NCBI RefSeq assembly: GCF_001194135.2
Contig: NC_068982.1
Location: 127,870,965-127,934,437 of the forward strand
Direction of reading: 5' to 3'
DNA: 63,473 nt
Source: Octopus bimaculoides
Taxonomy: Eukaryota
Positions 1 to 12,662 of this stretch are shown here, piece after piece (the first letter of the stretch is position 1; every line of letters begins with the position of its first letter). Made by a program: the position numbers and the translations under genes. The notes under the pieces were generated by a model. That model was not told the origin of the DNA. It saw only the letters and a program-made list of their open reading frames with translations, and did not search any database.

Positions 1-33
<33 letters not shown>
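1..33. repeat. (TA)n microsatellite
   Basis: Direct reading at the window start. Confidence 0.95.
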
Positions 34-36
<3 letters not shown>

Positions 37-1097
37 CACTCGCAGATAATGTGAATTATAGTCAAACTTCCCTTGCCGACATCTAGGGTTCCAAAACTCC
101 TGGCTGACTGAAAGAATACGTGTAGACCAACTCTATTAACAGGAAACCTAAGGTATCGTTAAGGAGAGACTGGCTGTAATTTACATTGCACATGTGTAAT
201 TAGGATTACACACACAAAGTTTATACAGTATAATATTAAGAAACATACCGTTAAAAAGTTTACCGGGCGGTTTCGTATATCACTAGCTTTACACAACTGA
301 AATTATAAAATATTCATCAGATAATGGTAGCTGACGCCTGCTTGAACAAGACTGACCTGCACTAAACAGCAACAACAAATCGAATTAACAAAACATATCG
401 TCCATTTATAGCGTTCATAATCTTTTCAAACGCTCGACCACCAAAATACTCATGTATGTCACTACTATCGCCATTCAGATTCCTTCTAATAACTATTGAA
501 AAGTACCATGTATCCACTTCAGTTTTTACTTGGCATCAGACCAAAGAACTCAATATCCTACGTCCGTCTGATGATTTAGCAAGATTGACAAAATACCTAC
601 TGTGTTACTTTCTGATATAATGCTCAAATGGATGTGATAATTCTATTCCATCATATTCCATCATACGAACGCCAATTTGTCAAAGAATAATATTGATCCG
701 CGGACAATTTTATTTCCTATAATATTGAGCAATGTCTTCTGCTCTTCTCTGTTACTTTTTGAATGAAACTTTTTCTTTGCGTTTCCTCGAATTTATACTT
801 CCAAATAACTAGTTAGTTGCCTCTTTCCATTAGCTTCTTGCATATTTTCTTAGGGAATATTTCGTTTCGTCTATTCCCATCATGACACATTTTTTTAATG
901 GAACACAAACACCAGTACAAGTTTGATCGTTTTATCCTTGGAAGTCAGTTTATATTTGGTATGGAACAATAACGTTCCTATATGCATTAGTCTGATAAAG
1001 GACTATTTAAGAAAACGAAAAATCCACAGTAAAATATGTCAAACTTTACTCGCATTTGCTTGTTTGAAAGAAAATTTCTTCACCATTTGCACGTGTG

Positions 1098-1262
1098 CAC
1101 ACGCACACGCACACACACGCACACACACACACACACACACTCTCTCACTCTCTCTCTCTCTCTGATAGTGTATGGCAATCTTTGAGAATAACGTCCCAAT
1201 TTTACTTTCTTTAACTTTAAGCGCTCTCAGTGTTTGATGGCCGCAAAAGGTGGGTGAGCGCG

Positions 1263-1315
<53 letters not shown>

Positions 1316-1328
1316 GTGTGTGTGTGTG
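1098..1328. repeat. (CA)n/(CT)n and (TG)n microsatellite cluster
   Basis: CA run ~1098-1140, CT run 1141-1162, TG run ~1268-1328. These explain ORFs 923..1165 and 1039..1365. Confidence 0.95.
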
Positions 1329-1747
1329 TAACTGACGCTGTGCAGAGGCTAACATGTTTTGTCATGTGATATATATTTTAAAGTTTTGCTGTTGCTATTA
1401 TTTTAGATGGAATATGAAATTGGGTGATATTGCTGTTTTGTAATAGCATACTATTTCCACCTTTACAAAATCGTTTTCACTTGACTTCGATACTTTATAA
1501 TTTAAGACAGAATATTCCTAATGTGTGGATGAATATCGTTAATATTGATTACGCCGATAACAATCAGATTGCTCTGACCTCCACTGACATACATCAATGT
1601 GTAAATGTTCCGACTTTTTCCAATTTGCATTCTTTAGCAAGTTTTACTGTATCGGTATATCAGATTTCCAAAAACTATATCACATCTTACATAATCATTG
1701 CTAACGTAGGTACAAAGCCAGAAATTTCCATTTTTTTTTTTTTTTTG

Positions 1748-1912
1748 TGGATTGTAGGTCATAAAATCGACCCCAGTACCAGAACAGTGAACTTCATTGT
1801 TTTTTCGACCCCAGCAATAAAAATGATGAAAAAGAAAGTTAACCTCAGAACATGAAGCGTTGGAACAGATATCGCTAGGCATTTTGTCCGGCGCTCTAAC
1901 GATTCTACCAAT
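1748..1912 (-). mobile_element. SINE family D fragment
   Basis: Reverse complement matches the window's family-D copies (61679-61900): ...gcattttgtccggcgctctaacgattct..., atcgaccccagtacc. Confidence 0.7.
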
Positions 1913-1989
1913 CTATCACCCTAACTTCTGGTTCCAATAGTAACATATTCTTAGTACTGTCTTTCATTTGACATACTGGTAATTTTTCT

Positions 1990-2110
1990 TGGGGCCCCGC
2001 AGGTTAAAGTGATTAATGCTAATTTATTATGCTGTGCCTTGCTGTCAATGTAGAAGCCCCAATCTAGTGCTTTTGTCCAAGGGCCTATAACGTTGTTTTA
2101 GACAGCCCTG
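1990..2110. mobile_element. Partial MITE with a CAGGGCNGTCT-type terminus (hAT-like)
   Basis: Ends ttagacagccctg. Similar ends and gggNcccc cores occur at 6245-6426 and 8421-8592. The other TIR is not recognisable. Confidence 0.45.
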
Positions 2111-2179
2111 CACCTCAACCCCGTGAGCTTACACTGTTCTGATTTATTCCAATTTGTATTCTTAAGGAATTTTCACTAA

Positions 2180-2360
2180 ATCAGTATTGGTAACTTTTAT
2201 ACCACCATAACTTATCGGTTTGGCAATATAAGAAACCGATAGAATATTTACTGCACTTAAAACAAACGCCGAGGTACATCTGATCAACTAAAAAAATAAC
2301 ACCTTCAAGGCAGTGTTTCAGCATGGCTGCAGTCCAATGACTGAAATAAATAAAATAAAT
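2180..2360 (+). mobile_element. SINE family A, 3' half
   Basis: Tail cagcatggctgcagtccaatgactgaaata matches the family-A tail. Confidence 0.8.
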
Positions 2361-2371
2361 TTCCCAATACA

Positions 2372-2541
2372 TGCACAAGACCTAGAATTTGGGGTGGTGG
2401 CGGTGGCTAGCCGATTACATCGAACACTAGTACTTGACAGGTACATATTTTATCGACCCCGAAAGGAGTAAAGACAAAGTTTGAACCCGGAAGAATAGTC
2501 GCTAAGCATTTTGTCCGGAGTACTAACGTGTCTGCTAGTTC
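2372..2541 (-). mobile_element. SINE family D
   Basis: ttatcgaccccgaaagga and gctaagcattttgtccggagtactaacg are reverse complements of family-D motifs. Confidence 0.75.
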
Positions 2542-3139
2542 AATGAAAGAATAAAAGAAATAACTGTGACAAACATGTTAGTCGTAACACAATGTCAATA
2601 ACAAAGAAAAACAAACTTATGCGGCCGCCAAACTCATACCATCCAAAGTTTGAGAAAGTGAAGCTGGTACTTTATACTCAAAAACCGCCTTTCTACACAC
2701 ACATACTGTGTGGTGAGTGTTTGTGTGTAAATAAAGATGAGTGTGCATGAGTTTGCGAGTTGGTGTGTACTTGATTGTATGTGTGAATGTTTCAGAATTG
2801 AAGTGAGTAGAAATTAAGTTTAAAATCTACCTTGTGTATATATAAAAAAACTCCACTGTTAACATATAGGTAGGTTCTAGATAGAAAAGATAAGGTAATG
2901 TGTTGCATCTGTTGAAAGAAAACGGAGGGGAAAATACTAAACAAAAGATGGAATACTAAAACGTGTGTGTGTGTGTATGTGTATTAACAACACCGTCAAG
3001 CACAAGAGAAAAGAAGTTATCATTGGAAGAAAATTCGTGAAATAGAAACTATTTGAATGCTGAATGTGTGTAGAGAGTTTCTGAGGTGGAGAGTAAGAGG
3101 ATACGACTGATGGTTGAAACCGTGGCAGCGGCGGTGAAG

Positions 3140-3561
3140 GAGAGAGAGAGACATAGAGACAGACAGACAAAGAGAGAGAAAGAGAGTAAAGGGAAAGAGA
3201 GAGCGCCACAGAGTTACGAAGGAGGATAGAAAGAAACAAAAACAGTGATAAAAAAGGAAGTATGTGTATGTGTGTGTGTGTGTGCATGTATATATCTAGA
3301 TAGATAGAGTGAGAAAGAGATGACAAGGGATAGATACAGAGAGGGGGGATAGAAATAAAGAGAAAAGGAAATAGGAGGACAGAGATAGTTCAGGGAAAGA
3401 GAGAGAGAGGAAAATAGTTACGCGGGAGGATACAGACAGAGACAGAGATAGAGAAGAAAAAAAACGGAAGAGAAATCTNNNNNNNNNNNNNNNNNNNNNN
3501 NNNNNNNNNNNNNNNNNNNNNNNNNNNNNNNNNNNNNNNNNNNNNNNNNNNNNNNNNNNNN

Positions 3562-3620
<59 letters not shown>

Positions 3621-4036
3621 TATATACAGAGAGAAAGATAAGGAACGGAGATAGAGATAAAGAGTGTTAAAGGAAGAGAAAGAGAGGGGAGACACGGGGG
3701 AGGGAGAAAAATAAGGGGTAGAGGAAGAGGAGGAGGGTGTGCTGGGTCAAGAGTAGTTACAGTACGATAACCATAACAAGCGCCACTATCACCACCTCTA
3801 CTACTACTACTACTACTACTACTACTATTAATACACTACTACTACTACTACTACTAACAGTACTACTACTACTACTAACAGTACAAGGTCTGCTAGTTAG
3901 TATCCACTAATAATAGTGGCAGTGGTAGTAGCTATCACAGCGGCAACTCGTTATGGTCGTAGTGTAAATGACAGCTGCTACTGTTATTATTATTATTACT
4001 ATCATTATTATTATTACTTTTATTATTATTATTATT
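3140..4036. repeat. Low-complexity block: AG-rich tract, (TA)n, (CTA)n, (TTA)n; N-gap 3479-3561
   Basis: Direct reading. Confidence 0.9.
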
Positions 4037-4377
4037 ACCATCACTAGTCGAGCTGACGGCTGTCATTTGCTAGAAAAGGATGACTCTCTTTTATTCGCTG
4101 ATAACATACATATAATATATATCTTGGGTAAGTAAATGATTTTGTTTTATTCACTAATTATTATAGAGAGAAAACGATATAAAACAAACTATCTTGGTTA
4201 TTTTGTAATAACAATAATAATTGCAGTTTTATTGTTAATATTATTCAACTTTCTTCTCTTGGTAATGTATCTCAGCAGTTTAGATTTGTTTTTGGTTTTT
4301 CCTACCCCTGATTTCCTTGAATCGTATCGTATATGCTCTGGTTTATTTATATATTTCTGTTTATCTAGGGTATTATG

Positions 4378-4380
<3 letters not shown>

Positions 4381-4447
<67 letters not shown>

Positions 4448-5101
4448 ATATATTTGTTTATGAAGCGATAGTAGCTGGTCTGCCTACACGTTGTGGAGTT
4501 GTTTATTTGGTGTCTGTCTATTCTACCTTGGCAACATGTCTGTCTGATGATGTTTTACTTTATTTGTTTACTAGAATATATTGGTTCGTGATATATCCTT
4601 CTACATTAACGCTACCGTCAGGCACACACACACACACACACACTCACAAATATAATTTACACATACATTCGCAGACACATATAGGTATAAGGCTCAACAT
4701 ATACATACACGTACGAACACATACTCATATAGAAACCAACACAAACATGTAAATGTATACATATACACAGGCACACACACACACACACACACGTACAGAG
4801 ATGTACAAACCAACACGAACACATGTACATACGTTACTTATATACACACGCACAAACATATACAACCAGCACAAATACACATGTACATACATATACATAT
4901 ACACGAACTTGTACACTCATACAAACATATACAGAACAGCACAAACACGTATATACGAACATACATATACACATACAAAGACACTTAAACATAAAAACAC
5001 ACAAAGACTTACAAACACATATGCACACTTTCTTTCTTTCTCTTTTTCGTTCCCTCTTTCTTTCTTTCTCTTTTTCGTTCCCTCTTTCTTTCTCTCTCTC
5101 C
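4381..5101. repeat. (TA)/(TG) run, degenerate CA-rich tract and a 2 x 28-bp exact pyrimidine tandem (5031-5086)
   Basis: tctttctttctctttttcgttccctctt occurs twice in tandem. The CA-rich tract explains ORFs at 4725-5158. Confidence 0.9.
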
Positions 5102-5534
5102 TTAAATAAAGACAACTCGATAGACAATTTTAAATATGTTTATTCCAATTGTATTTGATTTCTTCTTCAACTAATAAAATATAATTTTATTTATATACCT
5201 CTATCCGAAATTAAATGATTGAAACTTTTTTCTAAAAAAAAAAAAAAAATGCAGAAATAAGACCAACAACGAAAAGACCAAAACAACAACCTAATAAAAG
5301 ACCCGATCACATTAATTCTAGTTACGTCTTTTTATTTAGGAGTTGGCGTCGCTTCTTCGTCCAATTTCTTCTCTATTCTTTCCATTCTCATCGAAAGACA
5401 GAAAAAAGTATATTATTCGATGTAGTATGGACTTTTTTTTTCAAATTTCTTTGCTTTCCATATTGATCCATTCTTTTCTGTACCGTTTCACGTGCTGTAG
5501 TCGATTTGTCTTGTGTTATTTTTTTGTGATTTCT

Positions 5535-5857
5535 AAGTTCAGATCCCGCCGAGGTCAACTTTGCCAATCATCATTCCGGGATCGATCCAATAAAGTACCA
5601 GTTAAGTACTGGGTCGATGCGATCGAGTAACCTCTTCACCTCAAAATAGCTGGCCTTGTACCTAAATTAGAAACAATTATTATTATTTTGTGTGTGTATG
5701 ATTCTGAGTTCAAATCCAGCTGAGGTCAACTTTGCCATTAGCCCTACCGAGGTCGATAAAATAAAGTGAAGTGCCGGCCAAGTACTGGGAGTTGATTTCA
5801 TCGACTAACCCCTCCCCAAAATGTCAAGCCTTGGTTCTAAACAAGATAGAATGATTT
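5535..5857 (+). mobile_element. Two tandem 5'-truncated SINE family D copies
   Basis: Each contains agttca(a/g)atcc..cgaggtcaactttgcc...gtcgat..aataaag...ggccttg and an (att)n-like tail. Confidence 0.8.
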
Positions 5858-6244
5858 ATTTTGTAATACCATTCCAAGCACCCATGAAGAATAAATACAG
5901 AATTTTTGCTCACTCCTAATGTAATGCTGACACAAAAATTCGAGATTTTGTGTTTTTAAAAAAATAAAAACAACATTAAAAAAAAATGTTCGGTGATCAA
6001 AAATGCTTCAAGAACTTTCAGATGTGCTTACTGACAGAATTATCGAGTTGATAGTTACATATATCGAATCTCGATATTCACCTGAGTGGCGTATGATACC
6101 TATATACCACTGTATTTTTTCCCATTCCTAGCAGTGAGTTGTGCAGGTAGCATCAACAACAGTTCATAGCAACACGATTTCCCCTTTCTCTCTTTCTTTC
6201 TTTTTGTAGCCACGCATTTTCAGTGTTGCTATTTCCAATGTGTT

Positions 6245-6426
6245 TATTCCTCCTCTGTTAAGCAAGTACGCACGTTGGGCCGTTGCCCAGGGGTCCCCAC
6301 GGTCTAAGAGCCCTATGCTAAGATATGCATGTTGTGGCATACATGTAGGTTAACTGCGTTGGAACCCCAGTCAGTTGCTTTACATAGAGTATGCCTTACA
6401 GTGTTCTTTTTTTAAAGACTGCTCTG
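6245..6426. mobile_element. Degenerate MITE (CAGGGCCGTCT-type family)
   Basis: Ends taaagactgctctg and contains gcccaggggtccccac. Resembles 8421-8592. Confidence 0.45.
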
Positions 6427-6799
6427 CTGTTAGGGGTGAACTATTTACATCAGTAGTAAGCTATTAACCCGACGTTGTTTTTCACTGTTTATTTACATTT
6501 CGCTTTCTAATCCGAGAAAGTTTATAAGTAATTAGCTTCCTGCTAGAAAAATCCTTGAATATATATACACATATATATAATGTGATAATTACACATTCCT
6601 AATCATCTCGTTATTCTCAAGAAAGTTCCTTCAGTCAAATGCCGGATGTATAGCGCAAATAACCTGATTGTAGGTTTTATTACATTAGCAGAGTAATCTT
6701 TCATAAATTCTTACTGTGTTTAGCATCTAATAAAGTAATTTCCTATTCTAACTCTCAATATTTAAGTTTAATCACTGTAAATGAATGTTACGATTATTT

Positions 6800-7330
6800 T
6801 AGAAGCAACAGTCTTCATCCACCGGGTAAATAGTAGTTACTTTTCGCATACACGTCGGAAGTTGAATTCAGAAGCAAAATAAATCCTCCGGTATGATGTT
6901 GTTGTTGTTTGGAGGTAAATAACTAGAAGTGAAATAATTTACTTGCAAATGTATTACATGAAAACTATTATTATTTTATATCTTTATTTAGTAGGTGATA
7001 AACCACTGTTTTTATTACCTTCATAATGCAGTGAGGTCGGTGCCAATATCGGACGATTTTGCGTTTCTACGTTCAAAACCTCGCTTTACATTAAACGTAA
7101 TTTTTTTATTTGTATGTCTTCGATGTTAGTAAAATAAATACCAGTTATATACTAGATTTGTGTTCTACTGCTTCTGTTCTTCTCTTAAATGGTATCTCTG
7201 TTTTTAAAATAATAAATAATCATATCAATATCGCAGCTGATGGCTGGGGGCACCTCGCAGTTGTGTATTCCTCACGGAATTGATGTTGTTATGCCTTTTA
7301 TTACACGCGACGGCGACTAAATAACGACTC
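6800..7330 (+). promoter_or_regulatory. Candidate CpG-retaining promoter and first non-coding exon
   Basis: Non-repetitive and CpG-rich for this window. ETS/GABP-type CGGAAGT at 6856-6862 and a donor-like AG|GTAAAT at 6914/6915. No transcript evidence. Confidence 0.35.
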
Positions 7331-7843
7331 GTGATATACTTTAGAATTATTGGATGAATATCTGTGTGTATATTCAATAGAAAACACATTTAGGTGAATT
7401 CGTTCCACTTAGGAAATAGAGAGAGTGAGAGAGAAAAAAGGTCCTTGCATACAAGAAATTTTTATTTATATAGAAAAGTATATTTATTGTATTGTCACTA
7501 TTGGGTCATGACTGCATTTGTATATTCAGACGTTGACTGGACTGCACTTCGCCTACGGCAACATGTCTATGCAAAGAATATGATGTTTAGTTATACATGA
7601 GAACGGTGTTTCTGGCACAGACAAGAAGAAGCTTGACTAGATAAATACTTTACGATATCCGATTTTTCGGGATCGACTTTCGTCTCAGATAGTGTATCGA
7701 GCGAGTTTCTGTTGGAGCTGTTACTCGTATTATTGGAAAAGAAACACTCGCTCGTTTTTATAGTGCTCCTGCTGCTGCTATTTACAGTAGTGAACTGTAC
7801 CAGTCTGGTGTACTTCTTATTACACAGCCAGCTGTTGTGGACG

Positions 7844-7869
7844 ATGAGAGTTTGTTGTCCGGGACAAAG
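7844..7869 (+). CDS. Candidate first coding segment (MRVCCPGQ, phase 2) of an unidentified gene
   Basis: ACGATG start (A at -3) inside a CpG-rich unique segment, ending at AAG|GTAGGG. The protein is not recognised, and the segment could be UTR or read in another frame. Confidence 0.25.
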
Positions 7870-8269
7870 GTAGGGAATATTTTTATATTGGTAGGCAACT
7901 TCGAAGAAAAAATATCATTTGTTTTATAAATATAATCACTATTTTAGTTTTTATAAAATATAAGCTTTATTATTATCATTATGTATAATTATTTATAGAA
8001 ACTAATGCAAAGTAAACAGGCAAAGTTTCAGAAAAAGCAACCCACCATAACTTTCTTTATTATTTTTTTATTGTTTCTTTAAATTCTTTTGGTTTTCTGT
8101 GTTAAGTACAATTACGAGGTATTTACAAGTGTACATAAAAGAAATATGAAGTAGGTGTTTCTAAAAATCGCAATTAGTTTTTAAAAAAAACTGTTTCAAT
8201 AAAATAGAACTAAATCAAAAGTATATTCCAGTGTAATGTTTCCCCCCCCCTCTTAAACGCTATGTTTCT

Positions 8270-8324
8270 TTCAGAAGGCCTCACGTAGCCCTTCAGAAGG
8301 CCTCACGTAGCCCTTCAGAAGGCC
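8270..8324. repeat. 22-bp exact tandem repeat (2.5 copies)
   Basis: ttcagaaggcctcacgtagccc at 8270-8291 and 8292-8313, partial copy at 8314-8324. Confidence 0.95.
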
Positions 8325-8420
8325 GTACTTGTTCACCATCTCTGGCCTGGCTATCGATATCGTTGCAGTGCGCTTCATGACAGTTTGAACAGCCGGCTTT
8401 TTTGCTGGCACTGTAGCATC

Positions 8421-8592
8421 AAGGGCTGCCTTGACAATGTTGCGGGTTCCCAAGGCAATGCAATGCATTGGGGTCCCCACATTTATTTATTGATATTAAG
8501 TTACAGCATACAGCTTTCGGTCTCCAGATCTATGGTGTCTTCCCTTCCTATTGATAACTACCCAAAGTACCTTATACTTTAAGACGGCACTG
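8421..8592. mobile_element. MITE with degenerate TIRs (hAT-like)
   Basis: Left end aagggctgccttga versus reverse complement of right end cagtgccgtctta. No conserved TSD. Confidence 0.5.
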
Positions 8593-9595
8593 CCGGTACT
8601 ACCATATCGATCGGGGGGGGNNNNNNNNNNNNNNNNNNNNNNNNNNNNNGCAATAAACTCATGTTTTTTTTTTAATAAAAAAAGCAGGAAAACGATCACC
8701 TGCGCTCCACTTAAAAACTACGCCCTTGTACTTGGGTATATGAAATTTCATTGTTTAATCTTAATCTATAGTCTAATGATTTCAGTGACATTTTGTTTAC
8801 TGAATTTATCAAAGACACTTGCGGTTTTATGACCTTATTGTATCACAACACCTGACTCATTGTGCATATATATATGTGTTTGTTTGTGTGTGTGTGTGTG
8901 TGTGAGAACACACATGTACAAACAGCTTCATATTTCTCTAGAGAATTAGATCAATTTCGTTCTATTTAAAGTCTTTGACGAATATATTTAAAAAAAAACA
9001 AAAAACAACCCAGCTTATTACGTCTTTTTTTCCTTTTCTATTGTCTGTTGTCTAAACTTTTAATGATAACTAACTTTACTGCTTTTGTGTCTTGCGTGTA
9101 TATTCTGACGGTTATTGTTGGTTGGGCTCTGGTATACTCTGACCAAACAGATGTATGGATCAAGGGGATTCCAGTCCTGATCATTCCGTCCTTTTTTATT
9201 ATTTTTTTTCTTTGAGTGATATGTAGGACTGCATTATCTAACGTATCCATCCTTTATTTTAGACGTTAGGGTGGTGTGATATAAATGAGATTTAGCTGTT
9301 ATTTCTAACATCTCAAACGACCTTTCGGAGGTTTCCCCTTTGTGTGTTCCATATCGTGAATGGTATTATTGTTTCTCGATGAAATATTTCTGTTCATCGC
9401 CTTAGTTTTATGGAGTATGAGGCTTGCACACTATATATTACTCATTACCTGCCATTTACTTCCGCTGGGGATTACTGTTATCATTCTGCAAATAACAATG
9501 TAACCATGCAAAGCAGCTTATAAGCGTAGTTTAAAGACTGAAGTTGGGAAAAATACTTCTTTTGAGTTTGCTGAAGACTCTCAGCAAATTCATAT

Positions 9596-9634
<39 letters not shown>

Positions 9635-9641
9635 TATATAT

Positions 9642-10621
9642 TCGTTTTACTTATGTTCCGTCACAGGCTGCAGCGTTGCTGAGGCACCATTCGGGGAAGA
9701 TGTATTAGTCGATTAAATCGTCCTCAGCAGTTATTTTTCAAGCCTGGTACTTGTTCTGTCCGTTAATTTTTGTCGAACTGCTAGGTCGCGGGAACGTAAA
9801 CAAACACTTGCAGTCAAGTTGTGAATCACACACACACATACATACACAGAATCCTAATTCTTGACTGCTTTGTACAACAGCTGACTTGTTATTGATTGGG
9901 GAAGCTAGTTACGTCCGTTGTGAGTTCTCGGAGGAACAGCCAGCAAACTATGAAACGGTCGAGCAAGAAATTCCCTCTGTTTTTTATATTTTTCTGATAC
10001 ATAAAATGGCAGTGGTGGGGGTGCAGAGGGTTTAGAGTAAAAGACACTCGCCTAAGGTGCTACACAATGGAACTAAGCCCAAAGCCATGTGGTTACAAAG
10101 CAAACTTCATAACCATCCAGCTATACCTAGGCCTAGTCAGTTTTCTTTTTTATTCTTCTTTTCTTTACCTGTTTCGGTAATTAGACTGCAGTCATGCCCA
10201 TACTGGAGCACCACTTTGAAGGCAATGCCAATTCTTTTTTTAATTTTTTTTTAAAGTCTGGTACTTATTCTGTTGGTCTGTATAGGCGCTGGCATGGTTG
10301 TCTGATGAAGTTTACTTACTAATTCTGTAGCCTTGGGTTCAGTCCCACTGCATGGCACTTTGGGTAACTGTCTTCTGTAATGGCCCCAGGCCAATCAAAT
10401 CCTTGTGAGTTGATTCGGTAGATAGTAAGTGAAAGAAGACTGTCTTCTATATCCATTTACTTGTTTCAGTCATTTGACTGCGGCCACGCTGGAGCTCCGA
10501 CTTATAGAGTTTTATTGTTTGTAAGCCTAGTACTTACTCCGTTGGTCCTTTTTGCCGAACCACTTGGTTACGGGGACGTAAACACACCACCATCGTTTGT
10601 CAAACGATGGTGGCGGGACAA

Positions 10622-10657
<36 letters not shown>

Positions 10658-10850
10658 CGTTTATCATTTGCTTCTTTCACTCATTTGACTGCGGCCATGC
10701 TGGGGCACCGCCTTGAATTTTTAGTCGACTGAATCACCCCCAGTACTTATTCTATCGGTCAATTTTGCCGGACAGCTTTGTTACGGAGACGTAAACACAT
10801 CAACACCGTGATGTGGGGGGGGGGCAAGCACAGACACAAAGACATACACA
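9642..10850. mobile_element. Cluster of SINE family A pieces: 9642-10130 (-, interrupted), 10150-10290 (-), 10284-10445 (+ head), 10455-10625 (-), 10665-10850 (-)
   Basis: Recurrent tail ttgtttcagtcatttgactgcggccatgctgg and head ggttcagtcccactg. Confidence 0.85.
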
Positions 10851-11374
10851 CTATATATATNNNNNNNNNNNNNNNNNNNNNNNNNNNNNNNNNNNNNNNN
10901 NNNNNNNNNNNNNNNNNNNNNNNNNNNNNNNNNNNNNNNNNNNNNNNNNNNNNNNNNNNNNNNNNATATATATATATATATATATATATATACGTATGAT
11001 GTTTGTCTGTCTTTGTGTTGTATTTGGCCCTCATTAACACTTGGTTTGTTTATGTCCTGAAAACATAATACTCAGCAAAAGTGACTTCAAAGTAGGGCCC
11101 CATCAAGGTTGCAGTCCAATAACTGGAACAAGTAAAACAATATCTATATGAGAATTTCATCCATCCATCCATCCATCTTGTCTGCCCGCTATTCCTGGGA
11201 GAGTTGTTGGGTAGAGTCCTTGGGCACCAATTCCATAGAGCCCTATCAGTAACGTCTGTCATTAGTTTTTCTAGCTGGTTTCTCAAGTGCAACCAAGAAC
11301 TATGGATAATATGCAGCCATGTCGTTCTTGTCTACCCCTAGGTCAAATGTGTAAATATTACGACTATAGACACA

Positions 11375-11738
11375 AGCATGGCTGTATGGTAAGAAGATTG
11401 CTTCCCAACCACGTGGTTCCGAGTTCAATCCCACTTGTGTGGAACTTTAGGCAAGTGTCTAAAACTATAACCTTGGGCTGACCAAAGCCTTGTGAGGAGT
11501 GAAGCCAGTCATATATGTGTCTTTGTGTCTACTCACCCCCATCACCGCTTGACAGCTGGTGTTGGTTTGTTTACATCTCCATAACTAAGCAGTTCAGCAA
11601 AATGATACCAATAGAATAAGAACTAGGCTTTAAAAAAAGGGATAAATACTAATGTCAGTTCATTTGACTGAAAATACTTTTAGGTGGTGCCCAGGCATGA
11701 CTGCTGTCTAATGAGCGGAACAGATGAAAACTGAAAGA
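11375..11738 (+). mobile_element. SINE family A, near full length
   Basis: tRNA-like head (ggctgtatggtaag...ggttccgagttcaatccc), central microsatellite-like spacer, family tail. Confidence 0.9.
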
Positions 11739-11982
11739 TAGTATAGTAGTCTTTCAGTTGTAAACTATTGAATACTGTTAGGAGGCCCAAGTACTTTCAC
11801 ACACATGTATACACACAACAGTAACTTCTGCCTACCAAATTCAATCACAAAGCTTTGGTTAACCTCAGGCTGTAGCAGATGCTTGCCCTCTTTAGTTCTG
11901 TATTTTATTTTTATTTTATCATTGACATATAAATACTGTGTACAATAATTTTAGATGTGATGTTAGTCATTGATATGTTACT

Positions 11983-12440
11983 CTTTTACCTGTTTCATTC
12001 ATGGGACTGTGGCCATGCTGCAGCACCACATTTGCAGAGTTAATCAAATAAGTTGACTCCTGGACTGGTGCTTATTCTGTCAGCCACTTTTATCAGACTG
12101 CTAATTTATGAGGACATAAACAAACCAACCCTGATTGTTAATTAGTGAGGGAGACACACACACACACACACACACACACATGAGTGACAGTTATCTTTCT
12201 GTTTCCATCTACCAGATCAACTCACAAGGCTTTGGTCAGTCTGCGGCTAGAGTAAAAGGCACTTGCCCAAAGTGCTGTCCAGTAGACCTGAACCCCCTCC
12301 CCTGACAAACACACATATATACAACTAGCTTCTTTGTTTCTATCTACCAAATCCACTCTCAAAGCTTTGGTTGACCCAGGGCTATAGTAGAAGAACCTTG
12401 TGGTTGGGAAGTAAACTTCTTCACCACTCACTCATGCCTG
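11983..12440 (-). mobile_element. SINE family A, near full length, CpG-decayed
   Basis: Reverse-complement tail at 11983, (CA)n spacer, head remnants to ~12440. Confidence 0.85.
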
Positions 12441-12442
12441 TA

Positions 12443-12492
<50 letters not shown>

Positions 12493-12662
12493 TCATCCTT
12501 TAACATCTATTTTCCATGCTGATATATTGTCCAACCCATGCCAGCATGGAAAACAGACGTTAAATGATGATGATCATGATATATGTGTGTGTGGACAAAT
12601 GAAAGTGTGCCACTCAACACATTTGGTGAGAATTACATATAATTTTAATATACGTATATATC

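Noticed and set aside
255-290. Helitron 3' end (accgggcggt...cactag)
   Set aside because: The hairpin is only 4 bp with a 2-nt loop and no matching 5' end was found.
8271-8480. Minus-strand ORF MGTPMHCIALG... as a real protein
   Set aside because: Starts inside a MITE and ends in the 22-bp tandem repeat. No recognisable domain.
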